Below, one piece after another: positions 1-9,763 of a stretch of DNA of 36,704 nucleotides. Under the pieces are notes generated by a model, which did no database searches, was not told the DNA's origin, and was given only the letters and a program-made list of their open reading frames with translations. The stretch spans positions 1 to 36,704 of the forward strand of contig JAHEYE010000024.1 of assembly GCA_023251695.1 (NCBI GenBank). Direction: 5' to 3'. The stretch's first letter is position 1. The number at the start of each line of letters is the position of its first letter. The DNA is from Sphingobacteriaceae bacterium (lineage in GTDB: Bacteria; Bacteroidota; Bacteroidia; B-17B0; Aurantibacillaceae). A program made the translations under genes and the position numbers.

Positions 1-1
1 G

Positions 2-3000
2 AAAATTTTTACCGTTTTACTGATGTGTGCTGCAAGCGCTGTTATCGCGATGGGTTTTTTCAGTAATTTTTTTACAAGAGAAGCAGATTTTATTATTAAT
101 AAAGGCGACAGCTATGAAAGGCTTTGGAAACGGGTAGACAGCTGCCAGAATAAAGGCTTAACCGAATCGGCATTAAAAATTGTAGAAGTAATTTATTCTA
201 AATCCAAGGCCGACAATAATGCGGCTCAATTTGTAAAAGCGGTATTACACCGTATGAAGTTTGAGGCTTATAAAGAAGAGTTTTCTTTAGAGAAATCCAT
301 TATCAAATTACGTGATGAGGCTAATGCCGCTAAATATCCCATTAAGCCCGTGCTTCATAGTATTTTGGCTGATGCTTATTGGCAGTATTTCCAAAACAAC
401 CGTTGGAAATTTTATAACCGGAGCACCGTAGTAAATTTCAACAATGATGACATCACCACTTGGGATCTGAAAACCATCACCGATGCAACCATAAAAAATT
501 ATAAGCTTTCTCTGGAAAGGCCCGATAGTTTAAAACGCACCAAAATTGATATTTATGATGCTGTAATTGAAAAAGGAACAACAGAATGCCGGAAATGGCG
601 ACCAACACTTTACGATTTCCTTGCACACCGCGCGCTTGCTTTTTTCATGGGACAAGAACCCGACATTTCACGCCCCGCCAACAGGTTTACAGTTAACGAT
701 GAAATTTATTTAAAAGCTTATCCTGAATTTTTAACTGCAGATATAAAAAATCCATCCGATAGCCTGGAAACAAAATATTATGCTTTGAAATTAATGCAGG
801 ATGTCATCCGTTTTCATCAAAACGACAACAATCCGGATGCCTTAATAGATGTTGAATTATTGCGGCTCGATTATGTTCACAGTCATTCTCAAAACGCTAA
901 AAAAGATACGCTCTATTTTAATTCGTTAAAAGGATTACAGGGAAAGTTTTCTGCGAGTCCGCGTGTAACCGAGATCGATCACCGCATGGCCAATTGGTAT
1001 TTGCAAAAAGCAAATCAATACAATCCATTAGAAGGGGATAATTACAAATGGTACAAAAAAACTGCTAAAGAAATTTGTCAGCAAGCCATTAAAAAGTTTC
1101 CGGAATCTTATGGGGCTAAAGAATGCCAAAACACGATTGCTTCCATTGAAGCAAAAAGCATGAATTTGGTTGTGGAAGAGGTGAATGAACCAAATAAACC
1201 CTTCCGCGCCATGTTGGCCTCTGCTAACATCAATAAATTATATTTTAAGCTTGTTAAAACGACCCATATTGAATTAAGGAAATTATACAGGAATTATTAT
1301 AGCGACAAGCTTTATAATAAACTTAATTCGTTTCCTACCGTTAAAGCCTTTGAACAGGAAATTCCGAATGATGGCGATTACCAAAGTCATAATTTAGAAA
1401 TAAAAATTCCTGAATTACCCGCAGGTTATTACGTTTTAATTTCTTCCTTAAATCCTGATTTTAAATATGAAAGCAACCTGACTTCTTATGCTCAGGTTAT
1501 TTCCTCCGATATCACCACTATTGAAAGAAGGAAAGAAGATGGCTCTTATGATTTCTATACCCTTAACCGCCAAACAGGTGACCCTCTAAAAAACGTGAAC
1601 GTACAGGTTTGGCACGAAAAATATTCTTATGTAACACGCGAATACGAAATTAAAAAGGGAGAATTAAAAAAGTCGGATGAAAAAGGATATTTTAATATCA
1701 GTTATAATAAAGACGAAGACCGTTCTTTCTTTGTAGAAATAATTAACGGTACAGATTCATACTTCAACAATAACAGTTATTATACCTACAAACCTTACAC
1801 TAACGATTATACAACAGTCCGCTCTTTTATTTTCACCGACCGTGCCATTTACCGTCCGGGACAAACAGTTTATTTTAAATCGATTGTTCTCGAGGGGAAA
1901 AATAATGACAACTATAAAATAAAAACCAATTATCCGGTTACTCTTACTTTTTTTGATGTGAATTATCAAAAAGTTTCTTCGTTGGATTTAACCACAAACG
2001 AATACGGAACCGTAAGCGGTTCGTTTGTTGCGCCGCAAGGAGTGCTCAATGGACAAATGAGAATCACCGATAACCACGGACAGGCGTATTTCTCTGTTGA
2101 AGATTACAAACGCCCGAAGTTTGAAACGAATTTCAATCCTGTAAAAGGTTCTTACAAAATAAATGATGAAATAATTGTTACCGGTATCGCAAAAGCTTAC
2201 GCCGGCAATGTAATAGATGGCGCAAAAGTAAATTACCGTGTTATCCGTCAGATCAATTATCCATATTGGTACTGGTGGTATCGTCCGTATTACAGTTCGG
2301 GCGGGGAAGCTGAAATTACAAACGGCGAAACTATTACTAATGACACCGGCGCCTACATTATTAAATTCAAAGCGCTGCCCGATGAAAGCGTTTCAAAAAC
2401 AAGTCAGGCCACTTACCAATACAGAATAATGGCCGACGTAGTTGATATTAATGGCGAAACACACAATACAGAAACTTATGCAACAGTGGGTTATCAGGCT
2501 TTAAAATTAAATGTTAACGGAGATGACATTGTGGATCAAAACAAAATGAATCCTTTTAATATCACAACTTACAATTTAAATGGTGTGGCTGAAGCAACCA
2601 AGGGAACATTTACTGTTTACAAATTAAAACAGCCTGAAAGGGTTTTCAGGAACCGTTTATGGGCCCAACCCGACAGGCATTCGCTAAATAAAGAGGAGTA
2701 TTACAAAACCTTTTCGACAGATTTATATGCCGACGAGCTAAACAAATACAAATGGGAAAAAGAAAATAAAGTTGCAGAGAAGGCTTTTGATACAGGCACA
2801 AAAACAGAATATGATCTAGCAGCAGAATTAAAAAATCTTAAGCCGGGTGTTTATATTATTGAAGCTGTTTGTAAAGATAAATTCGGTGAGGAAGTAAAAG
2901 CCTTCAATTACTTTACATTATTTAATCAGGACAATACAAACATTCCGGAACAAACACCTGATTGGTTCTATTTCCCGAAAACAAAAGCTGAACCGGGCGA

Positions 3001-6000
3001 AAAAGTTTCTTACATATTACACTCTGCTTATCCTAATGCAAATTACATGTTTGAGTTAGAACATCAGGGAAAAGCTCTAACTACAAAAACGCTGAGTTGT
3101 GCCATGCAACCAAATGAAATTGCAGTTGAAGAAGCTTATCGTGGAAATTTTGCCTTTCATACTACATTCATTAAAAATAACCGCTTCTATCATCACAGTA
3201 ATGTTGTTACAGTTCCGTACACCAATAAAGAACTGGATATTGAATTCCAGACTTTCAGAAATAAATTATTACCAGGGCAACAGGAGGAATGGAAATTAAT
3301 TATTAAAGACAAAAAAGGTGATAAAGCTGCTGCTGAATTAATGGCGGGAATGTATGATGCTTCGCTGGATGCATTCGCTGCGAACAGTTGGTATATGAGT
3401 GTTTACAATACTTATTACGCCAGATTAAATTGGACTTCAGGTGTTGGTCACCAAAATAATTCAACCGAGTTCCATAATTTAAGCAACAATTATGTTTCTG
3501 TTCCTTCGCGTTATTACGATTATCTGAATTATTTCGGATTGTATTTTTACAGTAATTACTATTACAAGGGCGGGCGGGAATATGATTCTTATTCGGATGG
3601 TGCCTATCCGGCAACTGAAGCATCGGGTAATTTAAAGTTAGACGAAGTTTCCGTAACTAAATCATCCCCTTCTCCTAAAAAATCAATGCGTGCTGAAGAA
3701 AAGTCGAAGGACAATAAAAACATGGCGGACAAAGAGCAGGCTGAAGTTACAACAGCTTTTACAGGATCGGGGGAGGGTGCAGGTAATGGCCCCGCCGGAG
3801 GTAAAGACGGTCAGAAAGGCAAAGAATTAGGAAGTGTAAAAGCAAGAAGTAATTTTAATGAGACTGCATTTTTCTTCCCGCATTTGGAAACAAACGAAAA
3901 AGGTGAAACCGTAATTAAGTTTACTGTTCCTGAGAGTTTAACCAAATGGAAAGTAATGGGACTCGCGCATACGAAAGATCTGAAGATAGGTCAGTTTACG
4001 AAAGAAGTCGTAACGCAAAAAGAATTGATGGTTATGCCAAACGTACCGCGTTTTTTCCGTGAAGGTGATAAAATGACTTTTATTTCTAAAATTTCAAATT
4101 TATCCGATGCCGATATGAAAGGTTCTGCTGAATTAAAATTATATGATGCTTTAACCGAACAAGAGATTTCGCACAAAATGATTGAGGCCATGCATGGTGA
4201 ATTCCCAACCATTGGTTACCGTGAATTTGCCGTGAAAAAAGGATTAAGCACTACTATCGAATGGAACATTGCTATACCTGAAGGATACGGCGCGATTAAA
4301 TATAAAATTGTAGCTAAGGCAGGAAATTTCAGTGACGGTGAAGAAATGGCGATTCCGGTTTTAACTAACCGTATGTTAGTTACCGAAAGTATGCCCCTAC
4401 CTATCAGAAGCAATCAAACCAAGGAATTTGATTTTGTGAAATTCGGAAATCAAAATAATAATTCAACAACCTTAAAAAATCATTCCTACACTTTAGAGTT
4501 TACTGCAAATCCCGCTTGGTATGCCGTTCAGGCTCTTCCTTATTTAATGGAATATCCATATGAATGCGCTGAGCAAACCTTTGCAAGATATTATGCAAAC
4601 AGTTTGTCTTCTTATGTAGTAAACTCTAAGCCGAAAATTAAGGCTGTGTTTGAAGCCTGGAAAACATCTAGTCCGGATGCGTTTTTATCTAATCTCGAAA
4701 AAAATCAGGAACTAAAAGCTTTAATGTTAGAAGAAACGCCTTGGGTATTACAATCGAAAAACGAAAGCGAAAATAAAAAGCGTGTTGGTTTATTATTCGA
4801 TTTAAACAAAATGGCGAATGAACAAGCCCGTGCATTTAAAAAATTACAAAAAGCGCAAACTTCAAATGGCGGCTTCTGGTGGTTTGAGGGCGGACCTGAT
4901 GATTGGTACATTACGCAACACATTGCCTCCGGTTTTGGTCACCTTGATAAATTAGGGGTGATAAAAGCACGCGAAAATAGTGAGGTTTGGAACATGGTAA
5001 CTAATGCTGTACAATATTGCGACAACCGTATGCACGAAGAATATGAATGGTTGAAAAAACATGCTCCAAAATACAAAACCGAAAACCATTTGAGTTACAT
5101 GGCCGTTCAGTATTTGTACATGCGCAGTTTCTTCAAAGATGTTACTCTTTCTAGCAGAAACAAAGAACACTTTGATTACTATAAAAAGCAAGAGCAAACT
5201 TACTGGCTTCAAAACGGAAGATTTATGCAAGGTATGATTGCTTTAAGTTTACACCGTTATGAAGATAAAGTGATTCCAAAAGATATTTTAAAATCGTTGA
5301 AAGAAAATTCTTTGAACAGTGAAGAAATGGGCATGTACTGGAAAGAAAATTACGGTTACTACTGGTACGAAGCGCCAATAGAAATGCAGGCCTTAATGAT
5401 TGAAGCATTTGATGAAGTGAACAACGACACAAAAGCGGTTGATGATCTGAAAACCTGGCTAATCAAGAGTAAACAAACACAGCATTGGGGAACAACACGT
5501 TCAACCACTGAAGCGGTTTATGCTTTATTACTGAAAGGAACAGATTGGTTAGCAACAGAACCGAATGTTGAAATTACTGTCGGGGATATTGTATTGGATC
5601 CTAAAAATGATAAAAACCTAAACGCAGAACCGGGAACAGGCTACTTTAAAAAAGTCTGGAATGGTTCGGATATCAAAACCTCCATGAGCAAAATTAAAGT
5701 CGCGAAAAAAGATCAGGGGGTAAGCTACGGCGCTGTTTACTGGCAATATTTTGAGCAGTTAGATAAAATTACACCTCACGAAACGCCACTGAAAATTAAG
5801 AAACAATTGTTCTTACAAAAAAACACAGCCGGCGGTCCGGTTATTGAACCAATAACTGCTGCCACCAAATTAAAACTCGGTGATAAAATAAAAGTGAGAA
5901 TTGAATTGCGCGTTGACCGTGATATGAATTATGTGCATATGAAAGACATGCGAGCAGCAGGTTTTGAGCCAACAAATGTTTTTAGTGGTTACAGATGGCA

Positions 6001-6211
6001 GGATGGTTTGGGTTATTATGAAAGCACAAGGGATGCTGCTACTAACTTCTTCTTCTCTTACCTCAATAAAGGAACTTATGTATTCGAGTACCCATTAGTG
6101 GTGAATCATTATGGTGATTTTAGCAATGGAATAACCACAATTCAATGTATGTATGCCCCTGAGTTTACAAGTCATAGCGAGGGTATAAGGGTTAAAGTGG
6201 CTAAAAACTAA
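2..6211 (+). CDS. alpha-2-macroglobulin family protein, thioester-containing (5' end probably just outside the window)
   Basis: Single 6.2-kb ORF. The frame stays open from nt 2 (K-I-F-T-V-L-L before the first ATG at 23) and reads like the middle of a signal peptide, so the true start is likely upstream of the window. Thioester motif C-A-E-Q (YPYECAEQT) lies at 4565-4576. The block RSNFNETAFFFP follows a ~90-aa low-complexity segment. Size and beta-rich MG-like architecture are typical of bacterial A2M. Confidence 0.9.
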   Translation, partial: KIFTVLLMCAASAVIAMGFFSNFFTREADFIINKGDSYERLWKRVDSCQNKGLTESALKIVEVIYSKSKADNNAAQFVKAVLHRMKFEAYKEEFSLEKSIIKLRDEANAAKYPIKPVLHSILADAYWQYFQNNRWKFYNRSTVVNFNNDDITTWDLKTITDATIKNYKLSLERPDSLKRTKIDIYDAVIEKGTTECRKWRPTLYDFLAHRALAFFMGQEPDISRPANRFTVNDEIYLKAYPEFLTADIKNPSDSLETKYYALKLMQDVIRFHQNDNNPDALIDVELLRLDYVHSHSQNAKKDTLYFNSLKGLQGKFSASPRVTEIDHRMANWYLQKANQYNPLEGDNYKWYKKTAKEICQQAIKKFPESYGAKECQNTIASIEAKSMNLVVEEVNEPNKPFRAMLASANINKLYFKLVKTTHIELRKLYRNYYSDKLYNKLNSFPTVKAFEQEIPNDGDYQSHNLEIKIPELPAGYYVLISSLNPDFKYESNLTSYAQVISSDITTIERRKEDGSYDFYTLNRQTGDPLKNVNVQVWHEKYSYVTREYEIKKGELKKSDEKGYFNISYNKDEDRSFFVEIINGTDSYFNNNSYYTYKPYTNDYTTVRSFIFTDRAIYRPGQTVYFKSIVLEGKNNDNYKIKTNYPVTLTFFDVNYQKVSSLDLTTNEYGTVSGSFVAPQGVLNGQMRITDNHGQAYFSVEDYKRPKFETNFNPVKGSYKINDEIIVTGIAKAYAGNVIDGAKVNYRVIRQINYPYWYWWYRPYYSSGGEAEITNGETITNDTGAYIIKFKALPDESVSKTSQATYQYRIMADVVDINGETHNTETYATVGYQALKLNVNGDDIVDQNKMNPFNITTYNLNGVAEATKGTFTVYKLKQPERVFRNRLWAQPDRHSLNKEEYYKTFSTDLYADELNKYKWEKENKVAEKAFDTGTKTEYDLAAELKNLKPGVYIIEAVCKDKFGEEVKAFNYFTLFNQDNTNIPEQTPDWFYFPKTKAEPGEKVSYILHSAYPNANYMFELEHQGKALTTKTLSCAMQPNEIAVEEAYRGNFAFHTTFIKNNRFYHHSNVVTVPYTNKELDIEFQTFRNKLLPGQQEEWKLIIKDKKGDKAAAELMAGMYDASLDAFAANSWYMSVYNTYYARLNWTSGVGHQNNSTEFHNLSNNYVSVPSRYYDYLNYFGLYFYSNYYYKGGREYDSYSDGAYPATEASGNLKLDEVSVTKSSPSPKKSMRAEEKSKDNKNMADKEQAEVTTAFTGSGEGAGNGPAGGKDGQKGKELGSVKARSNFNETAFFFPHLETNEKGETVIKFTVPESLTKWKVMGLAHTKDLKIGQFTKEVVTQKELMVMPNVPRFFREGDKMTFISKISNLSDADMKGSAELKLYDALTEQEISHKMIEAMHGEFPTIGYREFAVKKGLSTTIEWNIAIPEGYGAIKYKIVAKAGNFSDGEEMAIPVLTNRMLVTESMPLPIRSNQTKEFDFVKFGNQNNNSTTLKNHSYTLEFTANPAWYAVQALPYLMEYPYECAEQTFARYYANSLSSYVVNSKPKIKAVFEAWKTSSPDAFLSNLEKNQELKALMLEETPWVLQSKNESENKKRVGLLFDLNKMANEQARAFKKLQKAQTSNGGFWWFEGGPDDWYITQHIASGFGHLDKLGVIKARENSEVWNMVTNAVQYCDNRMHEEYEWLKKHAPKYKTENHLSYMAVQYLYMRSFFKDVTLSSRNKEHFDYYKKQEQTYWLQNGRFMQGMIALSLHRYEDKVIPKDILKSLKENSLNSEEMGMYWKENYGYYWYEAPIEMQALMIEAFDEVNNDTKAVDDLKTWLIKSKQTQHWGTTRSTTEAVYALLLKGTDWLATEPNVEITVGDIVLDPKNDKNLNAEPGTGYFKKVWNGSDIKTSMSKIKVAKKDQGVSYGAVYWQYFEQLDKITPHETPLKIKKQLFLQKNTAGGPVIEPITAATKLKLGDKIKVRIELRVDRDMNYVHMKDMRAAGFEPTNVFSGYRWQDGLGYYESTRDAATNFFFSYLNKGTYVFEYPLVVNHYGDFSNGITTIQCMYAPEFTSHSEGIRVKVAKN

Positions 6212-6219
6212 TTTATTAT

Positions 6220-6250
6220 ACGGCGGATATCAATACATCCGCCGTTTTTA
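6220..6250 (+). terminator. Rho-independent terminator after the A2M gene
   Basis: Perfect 9-bp stem ACGGCGGAT (6220-6228) / ATCCGCCGT (6237-6245) with an 8-nt loop, followed by a T-run (6245-6249). It begins 9 nt after the stop codon. Confidence 0.75.
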
Positions 6251-6274
6251 TATCCAAAATTCTTGGCTTTAATG

Positions 6275-6282
6275 TATATTTG
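6275..6282 (+). promoter_or_regulatory. candidate Bacteroidota -7 box (TATATTTG) for the GH16/MBOAT operon
   Basis: Exact match to TAnnTTTG, 14 nt upstream of ATG 6297. No well-spaced -33 TTG was seen (the nearest TTG at 6263-6265 is too close). Confidence 0.3.
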
Positions 6283-6296
6283 TTATCCATTAAGGT

Positions 6297-8333
6297 ATGT
6301 TACACCAAATTCATTTAAAACTTATTTTAGTATCCATTACGATGATTTTCTATTCTTGTGGAAGCAGCAACTTTGAAGTGGGAAATTTTGATCCGATAAG
6401 CAACTATCTTAAAAAGGATAATGACACTTTATATAATATTACTACAGACCTGAGCGATGCTGTACTAAGCGGTATCGAAATTCCAACCAAACAACAAACC
6501 GCTTCAGGGTATTTCGTTTTTACTTTTAAAGTCAAGAATAATTCAGCAGACATAAAAAAATATTATTATAAAATCTTCTACGAAAACGTTTCTTACAAGT
6601 TCAATGATACTTCAAAATACGCCCAGGAAAATTTTTACGGTAGTTGGGAAAATGGCTATTATACTTTTAAAGCAACTAAAATTCTTGAGCCCGGGGAAGA
6701 GTCTCTTATTACAGATAGTTTTAAAATTGCCGGAAATCCGCGAAACGAAACAAAATATTTTGGTGCCGATCCCAAAAAATATATTGCCATAGATGATTCC
6801 ATAAACTCGAAAATGGATGTTGTCAGATCAGTTCCCAGTTGGATGAAAACGTGTATAGAAAAAGCAAAAGAGCTTGGAACAACGCTTGATGAGCAAATTT
6901 ATTTAAATGCTGTTTGGGGAATAAATTATGAAAAGCAAAGGCTGAAAGTAAACAACAATAGATGGAAAAGAAACCCGCGAATGGGCATTTATGAATTTAT
7001 GCTCGTTTTAACCTCAACTGAAGATATAGGTAAAATACCAACAGCCATTCACGACATTCAAAAGACGGATTCATTGGGAAAATTTATGAACCCTTTTGGT
7101 TACTTTATTTTTAAAGAAGGCAAAAATCTCCCCAACACATTTGTATTACGCTCTTCAAAAAAAATAAAACTAAGTTCTGAATTGGATCTTGGTTCCGGAA
7201 TTTTCATTGACAAACTTGCAATTAATAAATCACAATTTTCCCTCGATGCTTTAAATGCTACTTGTAATAATTCTCCTTCGCTATATGAAAAAGCACAATT
7301 CGTTCAGTATTTTCATAACATTGATAAAAACTTCACAGTATATAATGTTCCTGAAATTCGGGATGTAACCGGAGAAAATTTTACTAAGTCAGAATATGAG
7401 GGTTTAATGACAAAATATTCTGATAAAAACAAACGCACAAAATTATTTGTGAGTACTTCAGATTGTCCGTGTAAAACAGTAATGTCAAATGCGAAAACCA
7501 AAACACTTAAAATAACCGTTCCGGCAAATGAATCAGGAAAATTAAAAAAAGAGCATGTAGGGCTTTCTTCTAGAATTGGATTTACTTATGGGAAATTCAG
7601 GGCTAAAATTAAATTTCCCGAAATGCTCAGCAAGGATAATGTCTGGAACGGTATTACTAATGCATTTTGGTTATTGTTTCAGGAAGATGCAGAATGGAAT
7701 CTAAGACGTAACTGTGATGCAAAAATAGGGTACATACCGAGGTCAGAACCCGATAATGAAACCGCTCTCGGAAAATCAAAGAGAACACTCGCCTATTCTG
7801 AAATTGATTTTGAAATTGTAAAAGAGTCGCAATACTGGCCAAAGACTTCTTATAAAAACGGGGCCGCGGTTTATAAAACAGATCATGCAGCAAATAATCA
7901 TGACGTAATGGTAACCTGTACTAATTGGGACATGGCTTGTCAGGAACCAAAGCTGTTTAGTTTTGGTGCTAAAGATTTTAAAATTGATAATAACAACTAC
8001 ACCTTACATCGGTGGAATCCTTATTACAGAGCCCTCTCTGCTAAAATTCCAGTAAATCATGACGAGTTGTTTAAAGCGCCTTATTATTATTTTGAAATTG
8101 AGTGGTTACCGGAAAAAATTATTTGGAGAATTGGTCCTGAAAAAGAAAAAATGCATGTTATTTGTGTAATGGATGCTTCCATGTCGGCTATACCAAATAA
8201 CCAAATGATGTTAATGTTTACGCAGGAATGGCATAATGAAGAGTGGTGGCCAACGGCTCCCTATAGACAAAACTTCATTCCTTTTCCAAAAAAAGATTTA
8301 ATAGGAGAAATATTAGAAATTGATATTGAATAA
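6297..8333 (+). CDS. lipoprotein with C-terminal glycoside hydrolase family 16 (ConA-like glucanase) domain; N-terminal ~400 aa unassigned
   Basis: Lipoprotein-type signal (ITMIFYSC21GSS). The C-terminal ~260 aa carry GH16 blocks: GFTYGKFRAKIKFP, NAFWLL, the catalytic motif E-I-D-F-E (7800-7814), YYFEIEWLPEKIIWRIG and MMLMFTQEW. Confidence 0.75.
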   Translation: MLHQIHLKLILVSITMIFYSCGSSNFEVGNFDPISNYLKKDNDTLYNITTDLSDAVLSGIEIPTKQQTASGYFVFTFKVKNNSADIKKYYYKIFYENVSYKFNDTSKYAQENFYGSWENGYYTFKATKILEPGEESLITDSFKIAGNPRNETKYFGADPKKYIAIDDSINSKMDVVRSVPSWMKTCIEKAKELGTTLDEQIYLNAVWGINYEKQRLKVNNNRWKRNPRMGIYEFMLVLTSTEDIGKIPTAIHDIQKTDSLGKFMNPFGYFIFKEGKNLPNTFVLRSSKKIKLSSELDLGSGIFIDKLAINKSQFSLDALNATCNNSPSLYEKAQFVQYFHNIDKNFTVYNVPEIRDVTGENFTKSEYEGLMTKYSDKNKRTKLFVSTSDCPCKTVMSNAKTKTLKITVPANESGKLKKEHVGLSSRIGFTYGKFRAKIKFPEMLSKDNVWNGITNAFWLLFQEDAEWNLRRNCDAKIGYIPRSEPDNETALGKSKRTLAYSEIDFEIVKESQYWPKTSYKNGAAVYKTDHAANNHDVMVTCTNWDMACQEPKLFSFGAKDFKIDNNNYTLHRWNPYYRALSAKIPVNHDELFKAPYYYFEIEWLPEKIIWRIGPEKEKMHVICVMDASMSAIPNNQMMLMFTQEWHNEEWWPTAPYRQNFIPFPKKDLIGEILEIDIE

Positions 8334-8335
8334 CT

Positions 8336-9763
8336 ATGATTTTTAGCAGTGTTATATTTTTGGTTTATTTTTTACCGGTTTTTTTAGCCTTGTATTTTCT
8401 TACACCAACAAGATTTAAAAATGTTGTTTTATTGCTTTCCAGTATTTTCTTTTATGCATGGGGGGCGCCTCTGTTTATTTTTGCAATACTGGCAACAACA
8501 ACAGTAGATTTTTATTTTGTAAAGTTACTGTCAGGGGCGCAAAACGAAAAGAAGAAAAAAGCGTTTTTGGTCCTTTCGCTTTGCTTAAACGTTGGTATGC
8601 TCTTTTATTTTAAGTACTGCAATTTTTTTATTGAGAATTTCAATACCCTCCTTGGAAATTTCGGTGTAAAAGAAGTTGGCTGGACTAAGGTCATATTGCC
8701 AATCGGCATTTCATTTTATACATTCGAAAGTATAACTTACGTGGTTGATGTATACAGAAGAGTTCACAAACCGCTAAACAATTTTTTCCAATACCAACTA
8801 TACATTATTTTATTTCCAAAATTAATTGCGGGACCGATTATCCGGTATCACGATATAGCCGATCAAATTACCGACCGAAGTAATAACGACAACATTGACA
8901 ATAAACTAACAGGATTCCATAGGTTTTGTATTGGGCTCGCTAAAAAAGTAATGATTGCAAACGTTATGGCTTTAAAAGCTGATGAAATTTTCGGATTGCC
9001 TTCAGAATCTTTAAGTACATCGATGGCATGGATAGGGATGTTAGCTTATACTTTTCAGATATATTTTGATTTCTCAGGATATTCCGATATGGCCATTGGT
9101 ATTGGAAAAATGCTAGGTTTTAAATTTCCTGAAAACTTTGATAATCCATATACCTCAAAAAGTATAACTGAATTTTGGAGACGATGGCATATGACACTGG
9201 GAAGTTGGATGAAAAACTATTTATACATTCCATTAGGAGGAAACAAAGTAAATTCAAAAACAAAATTGTATTTTAATTTATGGCTTGTATTCCTTCTGTC
9301 TGGGTTTTGGCATGGAGCGGCTTGGACCTTTATTATCTGGGGGATTTATCACGGAATGTGGCTGGTACTTGAGCGGGTTTTTCTTAGTAAAGTATATGAA
9401 AAAATCGGTGGTTTTGTTTCTACTGTAACTTGTTTTTTACTTGTAGCCATAGGATGGGTTTTTTTCAGGGCAGAAAAAACAACTGATGCTTTATTATTCG
9501 TAAAAAAACTTTTTTTATTCGACTTTCAACTGCCCCCTCGTTTTTTGGACAATGAGTTTTTATTTTTTGGGGCTCTTGCTTTAATTTTCTCTTTTTTTAC
9601 CAGTTTTAAAGTTGGACGTTCAATCCAAAATAAAGTCTATTTTTCATATTACGGAATAAGTGGTACCCTCATAGCAACTCTTCTGGCATGTATATTATTT
9701 ACCCTGTCATTAGCTTCAATTACTTCCTCTGGTTTTAATCCGTTTATTTATTTTAGGTTTTAA
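8336..9763 (+). CDS. MBOAT family O-acyltransferase (AlgI/PatA/DltB-like)
   Basis: Multi-pass membrane protein. MBOAT blocks WRRWHMTLGSWMKNYLYIPLGGN and FLLSGFWHGAAW are present (conserved His326 at 9311-9313). It starts 2 nt after the GH16 stop. Confidence 0.9.
   Translation: MIFSSVIFLVYFLPVFLALYFLTPTRFKNVVLLLSSIFFYAWGAPLFIFAILATTTVDFYFVKLLSGAQNEKKKKAFLVLSLCLNVGMLFYFKYCNFFIENFNTLLGNFGVKEVGWTKVILPIGISFYTFESITYVVDVYRRVHKPLNNFFQYQLYIILFPKLIAGPIIRYHDIADQITDRSNNDNIDNKLTGFHRFCIGLAKKVMIANVMALKADEIFGLPSESLSTSMAWIGMLAYTFQIYFDFSGYSDMAIGIGKMLGFKFPENFDNPYTSKSITEFWRRWHMTLGSWMKNYLYIPLGGNKVNSKTKLYFNLWLVFLLSGFWHGAAWTFIIWGIYHGMWLVLERVFLSKVYEKIGGFVSTVTCFLLVAIGWVFFRAEKTTDALLFVKKLFLFDFQLPPRFLDNEFLFFGALALIFSFFTSFKVGRSIQNKVYFSYYGISGTLIATLLACILFTLSLASITSSGFNPFIYFRF

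Noticed and set aside
1757-5432. Nine short ORFs (63-106 aa) nested in or antisense to the A2M gene (1757-1969, 2238-2429, 3099-3299, 3303-3623, 3991-4212, 4216-4413, 4705-4923, 4952-5230, 5223-5432)
   Set aside because: All lie entirely inside a long, motif-supported CDS. They have low-complexity or stop-poor antisense composition typical of AT-rich DNA, with no signal peptides, motifs or independent promoters. The same reasoning applies to the other nested ORFs in the track (for example 6604-6792, 7313-7501, 7657-7893, 10819-11028, 10937-11140, 11827-12066, 12110-12310, 16680-16892, 17580-17789, 18494-18822, 19645-19848, 19914-20099, 21276-21485, 23376-23591, 24810-25073, 26040-26255, 29638-29904, 31097-31330, 32089-32274, 32933-33124, 35309-35491, 35731-35916, 36069-36356).
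6212-8333. Expectation that a pbpC (PBP1c) gene would follow the thioester A2M
   Set aside because: The downstream gene has GH16 motifs and a lipobox, with no transglycosylase or transpeptidase motifs, and a terminator separates it from the A2M gene.
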